Shown here: in pieces, positions 34,021 to 44,765 of the stretch
Layout of the letters: each line of letters starts with the position of its first letter
Position numbering within the stretch: position 1 is the stretch's first letter
Origin: Thermodesulfobacteriota bacterium
GTDB lineage: Bacteria > Desulfobacterota > Desulfarculia > JACQYL01
Length of the DNA stretch: 64,000 nt
Direction of reading: 5' to 3'
NCBI GenBank assembly: GCA_963675595.2
Contig: CAXXLZ010000002.1
Span: 544,001-608,000, forward strand
Notes under the pieces: generated by a model
Told to the model about the DNA's origin: nothing
What the model saw: the letters and a program-made list of their open reading frames with translations, nothing else
Databases searched by the model: none
Position numbers and translations under genes: made by a program

Positions 34021-34129
34021 ACGATTCTCCTCTGGTTAGGGACTTGTCGACCTGTTTGCCGACCTTCCGAAAACCCGTGGTGAGGCATCGGGGATGGACC
34101 GTCGTGGGAGGGGTTTCCTCCCGGATCCA

Positions 34130-34765
34130 TCAGTCGACGTATCCGAGGACCAGTTCGGTTTGGAATCTGGTGTACTCTTCCAATGTATAGCTGCGTTGCA
34201 GCGTCCACCTTCTGAACGTCCACATGTGCCCCAAGACGGCGATGGTGTGGGCCAGAAGGGTGAATTCTTTGTCCTCCCGCATGCGCAGAAGGCCCGATTG
34301 CACTCCCTGATTCAGAATTTCCCGGAAGATGAAGGTGATCCTTTCTTCATTCTTCAGCACGAAGTGGAGTGAGTCGGGTTCCAGGGAATTGCTCTCCTGA
34401 TAAATCAGCAAAATCATGTCCGCCATCTGATCGCACACGAGGAAATACTCGCGAATCGCGGCGGCCAGCAGCTCCCTGCCCGATGAGTGAGACGAGAGAT
34501 TGGACTCGAGACGTTCACGTACGGCGGTGTGGATGGTTTCGCAGACGAGGTACAGGACGTCCTGCTTGGACTGGACGTACTCGTACAGGCTTCCGATGCT
34601 CAGGCCTGCGGCCTGGGCGATTTCACGCGTGGTGGTTGGATGAAACCCTTTGCGCACGAAGAGAGACACCGCGGCTTCGATGATTTGCCTGCGTCGCCTC
34701 TCGACGAGTTCCGGGTCCTTCACCAGTGTAGGAATATTCTTTTGGTCGGCATCGGAGTGGGTCAT
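34130..34765 (-). CDS. TetR/AcrR family regulator
   Basis: HTH KGFHPTTTREIAQAAGLSIGSLYEY; upstream of icmF. Confidence 0.93.
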   Translation of the reverse strand: MTHSDADQKNIPTLVKDPELVERRRRQIIEAAVSLFVRKGFHPTTTREIAQAAGLSIGSLYEYVQSKQDVLYLVCETIHTAVRERLESNLSSHSSGRELLAAAIREYFLVCDQMADMILLIYQESNSLEPDSLHFVLKNEERITFIFREILNQGVQSGLLRMREDKEFTLLAHTIAVLGHMWTFRRWTLQRSYTLEEYTRFQTELVLGYVD

Positions 34766-34772
34766 TTCCTCA

Positions 34773-34833
34773 CCTGACTGAACGCTCGCTCGGTTAGGTC
34801 CATTATATACGTCAACACCCCCGCCGGGTCAAT
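34773..34833 (-). promoter_or_regulatory. Sigma70-like promoter and imperfect palindromic operator of tetR-icmF
   Basis: Minus strand TTGACC...TATAAT; palindrome CCTGACTGAACGCTCGCTCGGTTAGG at 34773-34798 (18/26 self-complementary). Confidence 0.55.
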
Positions 34834-35039
34834 GGAAACCGGAGGGAGGCCCGGCCGGGAACCTCTTTCCGGGGGCCGACAGGGTCACCGTGCCCAAAAC
34901 TCGGAATCATACATTTTGGTAGGTTCGCCTCCTCTCCATACTCATTCGTAATCTCTTCTCGAGCTCGCAAGGTTCAACGAGCGCTTCTTTCGACCGGAAA
35001 CATCTTTGATTTTATGCGGTTACGTCGGTACGCAAATTC

Positions 35040-35429
<390 letters not shown>

Positions 35430-35504
35430 CCCGTCCCGGCCAAGTCACGTTCACGTCACCAAACAAAAACCCATTCGAACGAATTACGTTCCGGAGAGAC
35501 TGAA

Positions 35505-36851
35505 ATGCTGAAAAAACCGAGTATACCGATGCTGGTCCTTCTGATTGTCGGAGTACTGACCCTATTCCCCTTACTTTCCTGGGCCGAGGATGCGGCCCCC
35601 ACGGTGGAAAGCAACCAGGCGGCCATTGAAGCCGTGCAGACCCACGCGGACTACGTCTGGACCTTGGTGGCCGCAGCCCTGGTATTTTTCATGCAAGCCG
35701 GGTTCGCCATGGTCGAGTCCGGGTTCACTCGCGCAAAGAACGCCGTCAACATCATGATGAAAAACCTCATGGACTTTGCCATGGGTAGTTTGGCCTACTG
35801 GGCCGTGGGCTTCGCCATCATGTTCGGAGCCACCACCACGGGCTGGTTCGGCACCACGGGATTCTTCTTGAGCGATTTCAGTCCGGGTTCCGATCCTTGG
35901 GTCCTCGCTTTCTGGATGTTCCAGGTGGTTTTCGCCGCCACCGCCGCCACCATCGTTTCCGGGGCCATGGCGGAACGCACGAAATTCATGGGTTACCTGG
36001 TTTACAGCGTCATCGTCAGCGCCATCATCTATCCGGTATTCGGCAGTTGGGCATGGGGCAGCCTGTTCCACGGGAACGGCTGGCTGGAACAGCTCGGTTT
36101 CATCGATTTCGCCGGGTCCACCGTGGTCCACTCCGTCGGTGGTTGGGTGGGATTGGCCGGCGCCATCGTCCTGGGTCCGCGCATCGGAAAATACACCAAA
36201 GACGGCGCCGTCAAGCCCATTCCGGGTCACAACCTGACTTTGGCCGCCCTGGGAACCTTTATTCTCTGGCTGGGATGGTTCGGATTCAACCCGGGTTCCA
36301 CCACGGCCGCCGTCAAAGACATTTCCTGGGTCTTCGTCAACACGAACCTGGCGGCCGCAGCCGGCGCCGTCATGGCCATGTTCACCGCCTGGAGCAAATT
36401 CGGTAAACCGGACATCGGTATGAGCCTCAACGGCGCCTTGGCGGGACTCGTGGCCATCACCGCACCCTGCTACAACGTAACCCCCTTGAGCGCGGTCATT
36501 ATCGGAGCCATCGCCGGAGTGCTGGTCGTCCTGTCCGTCCTGTTCTTCGACAAAATTCGCGTGGACGACCCCGTGGGCGCCATTTCGGTTCACGGCGTGT
36601 GCGGCGCCTGGGGTACCCTGGCAGCCGGCCTGTTCAACGTTGAAGGCGTCACCGCCAAGATCATCGGCGTGCAGCTTCTGGGCATCGGAGCGGCCTTTGT
36701 GTGGGCTTTCGGCGCAGGCCTCATCATGTTCAAGCTGATCTCTCTCACCGTGGGACTCAGAGTCTCTCCGGAAGAGGAAGCCGAAGGTCTCGATTTCGGG
36801 GAACACGGCGCCACCGCATACCCCGACTTCCAGATGTCCAGTCGAATGTAG
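35505..36851 (+). CDS. amtB: Ammonium transporter
   Basis: FFMQAGFAMVE, DFAGSTVVHSVGG, WFGFNPGS and DDPVGAISVHG. Confidence 0.96.
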   Translation: MLKKPSIPMLVLLIVGVLTLFPLLSWAEDAAPTVESNQAAIEAVQTHADYVWTLVAAALVFFMQAGFAMVESGFTRAKNAVNIMMKNLMDFAMGSLAYWAVGFAIMFGATTTGWFGTTGFFLSDFSPGSDPWVLAFWMFQVVFAATAATIVSGAMAERTKFMGYLVYSVIVSAIIYPVFGSWAWGSLFHGNGWLEQLGFIDFAGSTVVHSVGGWVGLAGAIVLGPRIGKYTKDGAVKPIPGHNLTLAALGTFILWLGWFGFNPGSTTAAVKDISWVFVNTNLAAAAGAVMAMFTAWSKFGKPDIGMSLNGALAGLVAITAPCYNVTPLSAVIIGAIAGVLVVLSVLFFDKIRVDDPVGAISVHGVCGAWGTLAAGLFNVEGVTAKIIGVQLLGIGAAFVWAFGAGLIMFKLISLTVGLRVSPEEEAEGLDFGEHGATAYPDFQMSSRM

Positions 36852-36872
36852 ACCTACCCTCCAACCCTCAAC

Positions 36873-36910
36873 AGAGGGGGGAACTCCCCAACGCGTTCCC
36901 CCCTCTTTAT
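36873..36910 (+). terminator. Rho-independent terminator after amtB
   Basis: AGAGGGGGGAAC...GTTCCCCCCTCT stem followed by T-rich tail. Confidence 0.65.
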
Positions 36911-36934
36911 TCCCTTCTTCCGCCTTCTCCTAAG

Positions 36935-37083
36935 CAGGCCGCCCAAAAACACGATCTGCGGCGTGGCGCCGCATCCCTCGTCACTGCGACATACTCTATG
37001 TACGACTCATTCCTCGGGACTTGCGCGCCTTTCAGGTCATCGTCCTTCACCAAACTGTGGCAACCGGCCTTTCTTAACGGGCT
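36935..37083 (+). repeat. MITE-like repeat R1, degenerate copy b
   Basis: Core CCCTCGTCACTGCG...TCCTCGGGA..GCGCGCCTT shared with 342-490. Confidence 0.75.
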
Positions 37084-37346
37084 GTTGGGACGTAACCCTT
37101 CACGGGGGGAACTTATGAAGAAGTCCCCCCGCGCTCCCCCCTCAGAAATTCCGAAGCAGGCCTCAACGCCGTGGGCGCAGAGGCGGAGCAATAAATCAGG
37201 ATGCCTCAATAGTCTCCAGCGTTCCTTACCTCTGCCGAACCGGCAAAGGCTCTCCCAAGTTCGGCTTCGGAACGCGCCTTTCGGACTGAGCCGCAAGGGG
37301 GTCCTGGGTGATGCCGTTCCCCCCGGTGACCCTGTGAATGGCAACC

Positions 37347-40300
37347 TTAGGACGGCATGAGATTGAAGTCCTGCCCGGTCTGATTCGAAGTTACATTTTC
37401 GTAGGACAGCGACTCGGGGTCGAAAGTGCTTTCGCCGTAGGAAGGCGTCACCATGCCGCTCCACCCGTAGGGAACCTGCGCCGTATAAACTCCCTGGCCG
37501 TTGGTGGTCACGGTTCCCACTTCGGTTACCTGTATGGACACCCCCGGGATGGGATCTCCCAAAACGGCCACCGTCCCCGAAATGGTCACGGGATCATGGG
37601 CCTTGGGCACGGCCTCGAAGTCCCGACCGTCCAGGCCCGAAACCACGTTGTCGAATCCGTACTCAGGCGGCTCGAAGTCGTAGGACTCCGACGTCGGGGT
37701 CACGGCGCCCCCCCACCCGTAAGGAACCTGCATCGAGTACGTTCCCGACTCATTAGTGGGTACGGAGCCCAACCCTTCAAAAGAAATGATGATACCGGCC
37801 AACGGGGCTCCTTCCACTCTTACGGTCCCGGAGATGATCGGCTGGGGGGAAGGTCCGGTGGAAGCGGCCTCGAAGTCCTGACCCGCGACGGACTCCGTGA
37901 GCCCCTCATAAGGCCGAGACACGGGGTCGAAAGTGTACTCTTCCGACACGGGTGTGACCGAGCCGGTCCACCCGTACGGGACTTCCATGGAATAACGTCC
38001 GATCTCATCGGTGACCGCGGACTCCGCACCGTCGAACTGAATCACCACGCCGCCCAAGGGTTCGCCTCCGCTCGTAACGGTGCCCGAAATCGCCACCGGC
38101 GTGCCGGGCTCTCCCACGGGAAAAGCCTCGAAATCCTGATCCGGCAAATCTTCGCTTACGAAATCGTAGGTTCGTTGTGCGGGATCGAAGGTGTATTCCT
38201 CGGATGCCGGAACCACACTCCCGGACCATCCCGCGTTCAAAACCACCTCGTACCGTCCCGACGCATCCGTGTACACGTCGCCGACTCCGCCGACCGTCAA
38301 TCGGATTCCTTCCAGGAGGTCGCCCTCATGGTGAACCCTGCCGGAAAGGGTCACTTCGGTGGGCTCTGCGCCGGTTATCGCGGTGAAATCCCGGCCGGTT
38401 TGGTCCTCCGTCACGTCCGTATAGCTCCGGGATTCCGGAACAAAGGAGTATCCCTCCAACGAGGGAACGGCCGTGCCGCTCCACCCGGAGCATTGACTCA
38501 CCTTAATCTCGTACGCACCCTCGCCGTTCGTGGTCGCGACTCCCAAACCCTCGAACACGATGTCGACTCCGGCCAACGGTTCTCCCCCGGAAGTGCGCAC
38601 GGTTCCGGCAATGACGGCCCCGAAGGTGGAAGGATACCAGGACCGGACCTGAGCAACCCGGGACTCTCCGTCATCGGAGGACATCCAGGCGGAACCTTCT
38701 CCCGATGAATCCATGCTCAGCGAAAGGAATTCTCCGCCTCCCATGGACGGTACATTCACCACTCCGCGGCTCACAGGGCTCAGGAATACGTTGAAACGGA
38801 GGGCGTCGGGCGTGGTGATCACGATCGTGGACGTGTCGTAGGTCTGGATGAAGAAATTCAACGAAACCGATTCACCCGGAGCCGCGTCCTTGAAAATCCC
38901 CGAAAATCCCTGTACGGAGGAAGCCGGGAACCATCGGTAGATCGTGTAGTTGACGGACGACGATCCCGCCGGCGTCAGAGAAGCGGTCCCCTGATGCGAG
39001 CCGGAGAAGGACGCGGTGAGCCGATGGCCCGCACCGCCCAGGTCCCACGCGTCGAAGCCGTCCGACGGATCCTCGTCCAGGAAGGCGGAAGCCGTAATGC
39101 CGTCCGGCGACGCAATCATGAGCACGGCCCCGGTACTGTAGGTTTGTACGTAAAAATTCATGGTCACGGCATCGGAACCCGGTGGAGCATCCTTCCACAC
39201 GCCGTCCAGTGGAGCGGGCGGAGAAGCCAGGTCCACGGCGGCGCCGATCCGGGTCACGGCGGCCTCCATCCGTTGGACGGCCGCATCGCGAAGGGTTACC
39301 CTCTGCTCCGCCTGATCGTTGGAGTCGGCAAGGAATCCGGCGGCTTCCAGGACTTCGGATTCCGCCGCCCCGAGTTCTCCCAACAGGTCGGCGCCCAATT
39401 CACCGGAGCCGACGCCCTGCTGCTCCACGATGGTCATGAGACTCCGGATCACGTCGGATAGAGCGTTCAGGTCCACGCCGCACTCTTCCCGGTCGCCGCA
39501 CTCTTGAATTAGATATTCGCCGTAACTCAGAGATTCCTTCAACTGCACGTTCCAGTCGGCCAAATCGCACACCGACGGCTCCTGAACCTCGAACACGAAC
39601 ACCTTCTGCACCAGAGACTTGAGATTTCCCCGCCCGTCGTCCGCCGTCCAGGTGACCGGAGTGACCCCGGCGGCAAATCTGGAATCCGAGGGTGCGTCGT
39701 TGGTGACGAGGACTTGGGAGGAACAGCCGTCGGAAGCGCTCGCCTGGCCCAGGGAGACCAACGCGGGCGTTTGGTCGGGTGGTATGACCATTCGGTAGGC
39801 GTCCGGAGGAATCGTCAACGAGGGGGGCGTCTGGTCGTAGACATCGACGTCGAAGCTGTCCGTGTCCACAACTCCGTCGTTGTCCCTCACCAGCAGGGTG
39901 ATGGAGTGCACGCCGAAGCTCAGCGCACCCTGAGGGATCACCACATGGGACCCGGTTCCCCGGAGTTTTTCCGTTACCAACCCGTAATCCTCGTACCATT
40001 CATAATTGTTGGCGGGGATGGAGTCATACACGTCGAAGGATCCCGACGCGTACAGATTGATCGGCACGTTGTTGGTTTCCTCGGAACAGGGAGCAAACTT
40101 CTCGGATTCCAGGCCCACCGCCTCGGGAGCAAAATTGAGAAACGTGCCCAGAAGATCAATACTGATCTCCACGGTGGTGGGGTCGCCGTCCACATAAATG
40201 GTGGACGACAGGGGACCTCCCTTGAGCTGAAACGTCTTGTTGGTGTGGTTGATGTTCACGTCCACCGGCAGGAGATTCTCCGTGATGAACAGCAGCAGGT

Positions 40301-41558
40301 CGTCGTTCACCTTCAGACTCTCGCTGCACGCGAATTCTCCCACTCTGATCTGATACAGGTCGCAGGGGTTCTTGGGATAGGTGTCCATGCAATAGGCCGT
40401 GCTGGTGTCGTACATCACGATGGCGATGTCCGCGAGGTCCCCCACGTCGGACACGTGAAAGTCGTCGATGTTGAGAATGAGACTGTTGATGCGAATGTCG
40501 TGGGTATCGGCGAGATATTCGAATTGCAGCGTTCCGTAGACGCCCCGGGTTTCCTGCTTCCCCTTGACCTTGATGGTCGCTTTGCTCTGAGTGGCCCCGA
40601 ACTCGATTTCGGACCGGTGCAGGAAGGACTTGTTCACGGTCAGGCCCGACTGGTTGGACGAATCCTCACAGATTTTGTCCACGGTGCACACCGCGGGTTC
40701 ACATTTCACCGAATCGTAGCCCGCCTTGAGCTTGTTCCGTTCCTTCTCGCACGCCGCGTTGGCCGCGGTCACCGCGCTCTGACTTCCGTCGTAGCAGCCC
40801 TCCGCGATGTCCTTGAGCAGCAAGGAGGTCTGAACCAACTTGGTTTGCGGTTGCACGAGCGCGAAGTACATGGCCTTCCACCCCCCGGGAACACTCACCG
40901 GCCACTGGGGAAACCCGCTTTGGTTGCCCTGAAGCGTGATCTCGTCTCCGGTGCTGAAGGTCTTCTTCGTATCGTACTCCCAGACCTGGAGATTCACACT
41001 GGAACCCGTCGGCGAAACGGAGTAGTCCGGCATCGTGATGGTCACCACGAAAGGCGCCCCGGTTTGGGAATTGATGAGCTTGGTATACGAACCGGTCAGC
41101 CAGTCCGGCGGCTTTGACGCTCTCGAATCGTAACAAACGAAGAGCTTGCCCGAATTGTTCTGCCACCGAATCTTGGTCTGTTGAGGAACGGTCACGCCCC
41201 GGTCGTCGAAATAGGTCATCACGAGGTCCGCGCCCTTCAAGGGTTCGTAATTCGTCCCCTTCACCACCCAGTTCCGGTCGTGGTAAGGCTTGTAGGTCTT
41301 GCTCTTGTCCTCGAGAAAGCCTTTCACCGCGGAGGATTGGGACACGGGCGTCACTGCCAGGCGGGATACGGTGAGATTCAGGTCCAGATTCTGTTTCTTC
41401 TGTGTTTTGATTTCAGCGGTACAGTCATAATAGTGGTTCAAGGGGGCGGATATGGGCAGGCCCGATGTATCGAAAGTGCAGCACATGGAGGAAAAAACAA
41501 ACAACGCGTACAATAAGTACGGAACCAAAGTCCAGAAACCGATCCATTTTCTGTTCAT
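37347..41558 (-). CDS. Large exported protein with PKD/HYR-like domains and five C-terminal carboxypeptidase-regulatory-like beta-sandwich repeats
   Basis: N-terminal hydrophobic signal; DQTPPSLTIP...VTWTADDGRGN; five ISGTV...G.Y...VP.GWSG.V.P....Y.FDP repeats. Confidence 0.8.
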   Translation of the reverse strand: MNRKWIGFWTLVPYLLYALFVFSSMCCTFDTSGLPISAPLNHYYDCTAEIKTQKKQNLDLNLTVSRLAVTPVSQSSAVKGFLEDKSKTYKPYHDRNWVVKGTNYEPLKGADLVMTYFDDRGVTVPQQTKIRWQNNSGKLFVCYDSRASKPPDWLTGSYTKLINSQTGAPFVVTITMPDYSVSPTGSSVNLQVWEYDTKKTFSTGDEITLQGNQSGFPQWPVSVPGGWKAMYFALVQPQTKLVQTSLLLKDIAEGCYDGSQSAVTAANAACEKERNKLKAGYDSVKCEPAVCTVDKICEDSSNQSGLTVNKSFLHRSEIEFGATQSKATIKVKGKQETRGVYGTLQFEYLADTHDIRINSLILNIDDFHVSDVGDLADIAIVMYDTSTAYCMDTYPKNPCDLYQIRVGEFACSESLKVNDDLLLFITENLLPVDVNINHTNKTFQLKGGPLSSTIYVDGDPTTVEISIDLLGTFLNFAPEAVGLESEKFAPCSEETNNVPINLYASGSFDVYDSIPANNYEWYEDYGLVTEKLRGTGSHVVIPQGALSFGVHSITLLVRDNDGVVDTDSFDVDVYDQTPPSLTIPPDAYRMVIPPDQTPALVSLGQASASDGCSSQVLVTNDAPSDSRFAAGVTPVTWTADDGRGNLKSLVQKVFVFEVQEPSVCDLADWNVQLKESLSYGEYLIQECGDREECGVDLNALSDVIRSLMTIVEQQGVGSGELGADLLGELGAAESEVLEAAGFLADSNDQAEQRVTLRDAAVQRMEAAVTRIGAAVDLASPPAPLDGVWKDAPPGSDAVTMNFYVQTYSTGAVLMIASPDGITASAFLDEDPSDGFDAWDLGGAGHRLTASFSGSHQGTASLTPAGSSSVNYTIYRWFPASSVQGFSGIFKDAAPGESVSLNFFIQTYDTSTIVITTPDALRFNVFLSPVSRGVVNVPSMGGGEFLSLSMDSSGEGSAWMSSDDGESRVAQVRSWYPSTFGAVIAGTVRTSGGEPLAGVDIVFEGLGVATTNGEGAYEIKVSQCSGWSGTAVPSLEGYSFVPESRSYTDVTEDQTGRDFTAITGAEPTEVTLSGRVHHEGDLLEGIRLTVGGVGDVYTDASGRYEVVLNAGWSGSVVPASEEYTFDPAQRTYDFVSEDLPDQDFEAFPVGEPGTPVAISGTVTSGGEPLGGVVIQFDGAESAVTDEIGRYSMEVPYGWTGSVTPVSEEYTFDPVSRPYEGLTESVAGQDFEAASTGPSPQPIISGTVRVEGAPLAGIIISFEGLGSVPTNESGTYSMQVPYGWGGAVTPTSESYDFEPPEYGFDNVVSGLDGRDFEAVPKAHDPVTISGTVAVLGDPIPGVSIQVTEVGTVTTNGQGVYTAQVPYGWSGMVTPSYGESTFDPESLSYENVTSNQTGQDFNLMPS

Positions 41559-41903
41559 GGCCTATTCCTCCTGCTTTGGACCGAACGGGTTTGGCTGAGA
41601 AGATAGAAGATAATGGGGCGATGGAAATCCCGCCCTCGCCGAGTTCCGGAAGAGGTCTCGGCGCACCCGGTGGGACCGGATTATGATGACGACCGAATCA
41701 TGACCATAGATGATTTTGGGATGTGAACAACTATGTGAACAATTAAAGGTTAACGAATCTTAACGCTTTCCGTCAAGATGGACGAGGTGTCGGCAGCAGG
41801 AAGCTCGACTGTTTTGAGCGGGCGTTTCGTGTCCCTCGCCGGGTGTGGAAACAATAACTGCGATGAGGAGCCAAACCCGCCGCAATCCGGCGTTTCCGGA
41901 CGC

Positions 41904-42689
41904 TCAGCATGCATTCCGACCCGGCGCTCGGTCCCTTTTCCTTCCGAGATAAACCCACAAGCCCGCGGCGAAGCATAGGATCAACACGGCTGCGGCTTCC
42001 GTAAGGGTCATCGTGCCGCCGAACAGGACTCGATCCAGGTCCCCTCGGAATCGTTCCAGCACGAGTCTGGAGGAGGCATACAGGCCGAGATACAGACACA
42101 GGAGTCCGCCGGTGCGTATGCGCCGCTCGCCGACCCGCAGGAGCAATATAAAAATGCCCAGAGACACGAGCCCGGTGTAGGCCTGGGTGGGATGGAGCGG
42201 AATTCCCGTGGGCGCAGGAGAATACGGATGCCGGAACACGATTCCCCAGGGCAGTTTCGTGGGAAGGCCGTAACAGCATCCGGCGAGGAGGCAACCGATC
42301 CTGCCCACCGCATCTCCCAGAGCAATGCCGGGAGCGGCCGCGTCCGAGAGGTTCCACGGGTCCAATCCTAGAGGGCGTGAGGCGATCCAAGCGGCGGCCG
42401 TACCGGCGGCTACGCCTCCGGAGAAAACCACCCCTCCCTTCCATAGGAGGAATACTTCCAGGGGATGTTCAAGGAAAGGGCCGGGGTCCAGAACAACGTA
42501 AAACAGGCGCGCACCCACTACGGCTGCGATTATGGCCCATACCAGCAACTTCCTCACGCTCCTCCGATCGCACCCCGCCCGACCGGCTCGATAGACGGTC
42601 AGTTCCACCCCGGCCATGAATCCCAGCGCTACGAACAGTCCCCAACTGTGAATCGTCACACCATTGAACTCGAACAGTTCGGGCAGCAA
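41904..42689 (-). CDS. lgt: Prolipoprotein diacylglyceryl transferase
   Basis: GARLFYV, WKGG, GRIGCLLAGCCYG, HPTQAY and ERFRGD; TTG start at 42689 inferred. Confidence 0.9.
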   Translation of the reverse strand: MLPELFEFNGVTIHSWGLFVALGFMAGVELTVYRAGRAGCDRRSVRKLLVWAIIAAVVGARLFYVVLDPGPFLEHPLEVFLLWKGGVVFSGGVAAGTAAAWIASRPLGLDPWNLSDAAAPGIALGDAVGRIGCLLAGCCYGLPTKLPWGIVFRHPYSPAPTGIPLHPTQAYTGLVSLGIFILLLRVGERRIRTGGLLCLYLGLYASSRLVLERFRGDLDRVLFGGTMTLTEAAAVLILCFAAGLWVYLGRKRDRAPGRNAC

Positions 42690-43432
42690 GGTTCCCCATC
42701 CTTTCCGTGGAAGCGACTCCCTCAAGCCGGCCTGGGGAAATCGGAAGACTCCGCAAGCCCCCAATACCCACGATGCGTTTCACCATCGAGAAAAGATCCC
42801 GCAAGGTCAATCCCCAAACAGGTCCGACCTGAAAAATCGTAACGATTCACGGGGTGCGCCGGCGGGGGACCAATAGCCCACCGGACCCCCGTTGCGCTTT
42901 TGCGAATCGCGTACGCGATCTGCAAAACGAGCGGCATGCACCGCCCAACTGATAAAAATACCTAAAGGGTTCTGGAAAGGCTCCCCACGAGTTCCCAACG
43001 CTTCCTGCATCTCTTGAATCGGCAAAAGAACTCCCCGGTTCTGCTTCGTCACGCTGGAGGGGGTACAAAGCCGCATTAAGAGGTCCCAAGTGATGTCGTT
43101 CCCCAGTGAACGATTACGGAAAAAGAAACCCTCGGGTCAATCACCAAGCCGGCCCGACCGCACGAATCCCTTGCCCCGTAACCTTGTATGTCACCGAGGA
43201 TTGTGTTATTTTTCAAGGTAGTTTCTGTGTCGAGAACTCAGGAGTAGAGCCGACCCCGAAATTCGCGCATCGGCCGGGATGTTTGGGCTTATCGCCCGCC
43301 TTCACGAGCCGATTCCAGGTAAAGAGACAGGGACCGGGGTTGGATCGGGCATGCTTTTCCCACCGAGCATCATCGCTTTCCAACGCGTCCGCCTTGTGCG
43401 GCACGAGATTTTCAACGGAGGAGGAACGTCTC

Positions 43433-44449
43433 ATGGTACCTCAGAAGGGAATGACGCTCAGCGAACATCTCATGGCACAGGAGAAGACGAACCCGGCCGC
43501 CCGCGGCGCCTTTTCCAGGCTGCTCAACGAACTGATCGTCGCGGCCAAGATTATCTCGCGCGAGGTGAACCAGGCGGGACTGGCCGAATCCATGGGCTTC
43601 ACCGGAGACGTGAACGTACAGGGCGAGGAAGTCCAGAAACTGGACGAGTTCGCCAACAACCTGATCACCCGTCGTCTGGAACGCTGCGGCGTGCTCTGCG
43701 CCATGGCCTCCGAGGAAGTGGCGGACATCATCGAGATTCCCGACCGGTATGAATCCGGCGACTATCTTCTCATGTTCGACCCCTTGGACGGATCCACCAA
43801 CATCGACGTCAACATCAGCATCGGAACCATCTTCTCCATCGTACGCAGGGACTCCAAGGGTCCCACCGTGTTGACGAGCGATCTCCTGCGGCCCGGAGTC
43901 GAACAGGTGGCCGCCGGCTACTTCCTTTACGGTTCCAGCACCATGATGGTGTACAGCACCGGTAACGGGGTCTCAGGCTTCACCATGGACCCGAGCGTGG
44001 GAGAGTTTTTCCTTTCCCATCCTCAAATCAAGATTCCGGAACGCGCACGGATCTACAGCGCCAATGAAGGGAACTACCAGTACTGGAGCCCGGAAGTTCG
44101 TAAGTACATGGACTATCTGAAAGGCACGGACAACGCCATCGGTAAACCCTACCAGTGCCGGTACGTAGGCTCCCTGGTGGCGGACTTCCACAGAAATCTC
44201 CTCAAGGGCGGCATATTCATGTACCCGGCCGACAACAAGGATCCGGCCAAGCCTTTCGGAAAGCTCCGATACTTATACGAATGCGCCCCTTTGGCCTTTG
44301 TGGTCGAACAGGCCGGCGGATACGCGAGCACCGGACAGGGACGGCTCCTGGAGTACCAACCGGAAAGCATTCATCAACGGGTCCCGTTGTACATCGGCAG
44401 CAAGCAGGACGTGATCGAAGCGGAGGAATTCGTTTCAGGAAAGAGATAA
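43433..44449 (+). CDS. fbp: Class 1 fructose-1,6-bisphosphatase
   Basis: NVQGEEVQKLD, FDPLDGSTNIDVN, RYVGSLVADFHR and GKLRYLYEC. Confidence 0.96.
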   Translation: MVPQKGMTLSEHLMAQEKTNPAARGAFSRLLNELIVAAKIISREVNQAGLAESMGFTGDVNVQGEEVQKLDEFANNLITRRLERCGVLCAMASEEVADIIEIPDRYESGDYLLMFDPLDGSTNIDVNISIGTIFSIVRRDSKGPTVLTSDLLRPGVEQVAAGYFLYGSSTMMVYSTGNGVSGFTMDPSVGEFFLSHPQIKIPERARIYSANEGNYQYWSPEVRKYMDYLKGTDNAIGKPYQCRYVGSLVADFHRNLLKGGIFMYPADNKDPAKPFGKLRYLYECAPLAFVVEQAGGYASTGQGRLLEYQPESIHQRVPLYIGSKQDVIEAEEFVSGKR

Positions 44450-44559
44450 TCGTAATCCCTCACGCATGGAACTTCTGAAGAAGTTTGTACGGATTCACGG
44501 CGTATTCGCTGCGATTCGCAACGGGGATCAGAGTCCCTCTCCGCACAAGGTTACGGGGC

Positions 44560-44672
44560 CGCAATCATGAATTTTTCGACGAAAGCGTTCCCGCTTGAAT
44601 GATCGGATCGGCTTCGTCCCGGCAGGGACGGAGCCCGCATAGGGGGTCCGGGGGAAGTGTGTTCCCCCGGAG
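44560..44672 (+). repeat. Intergenic repeat R3 with an empty IS4 target GGGGTCCGGGG (44643-44653)
   Basis: Aligns with the joined flanks of IS4 copy 2 (TTTTCGACGAAAGCGTT...GACGGAGC..AGGGGGTCCGGGGGAA..TGTTCCC). Confidence 0.75.
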
Positions 44673-44765
44673 AAGGAATCGCGGGGGAAAAGTCCGCCCA
44701 AGGCGGCTCTTCCCCCGCCCGTTTTTTCTTTTCAACGGGCCGTCGAACATCCGACGGATAATTCA

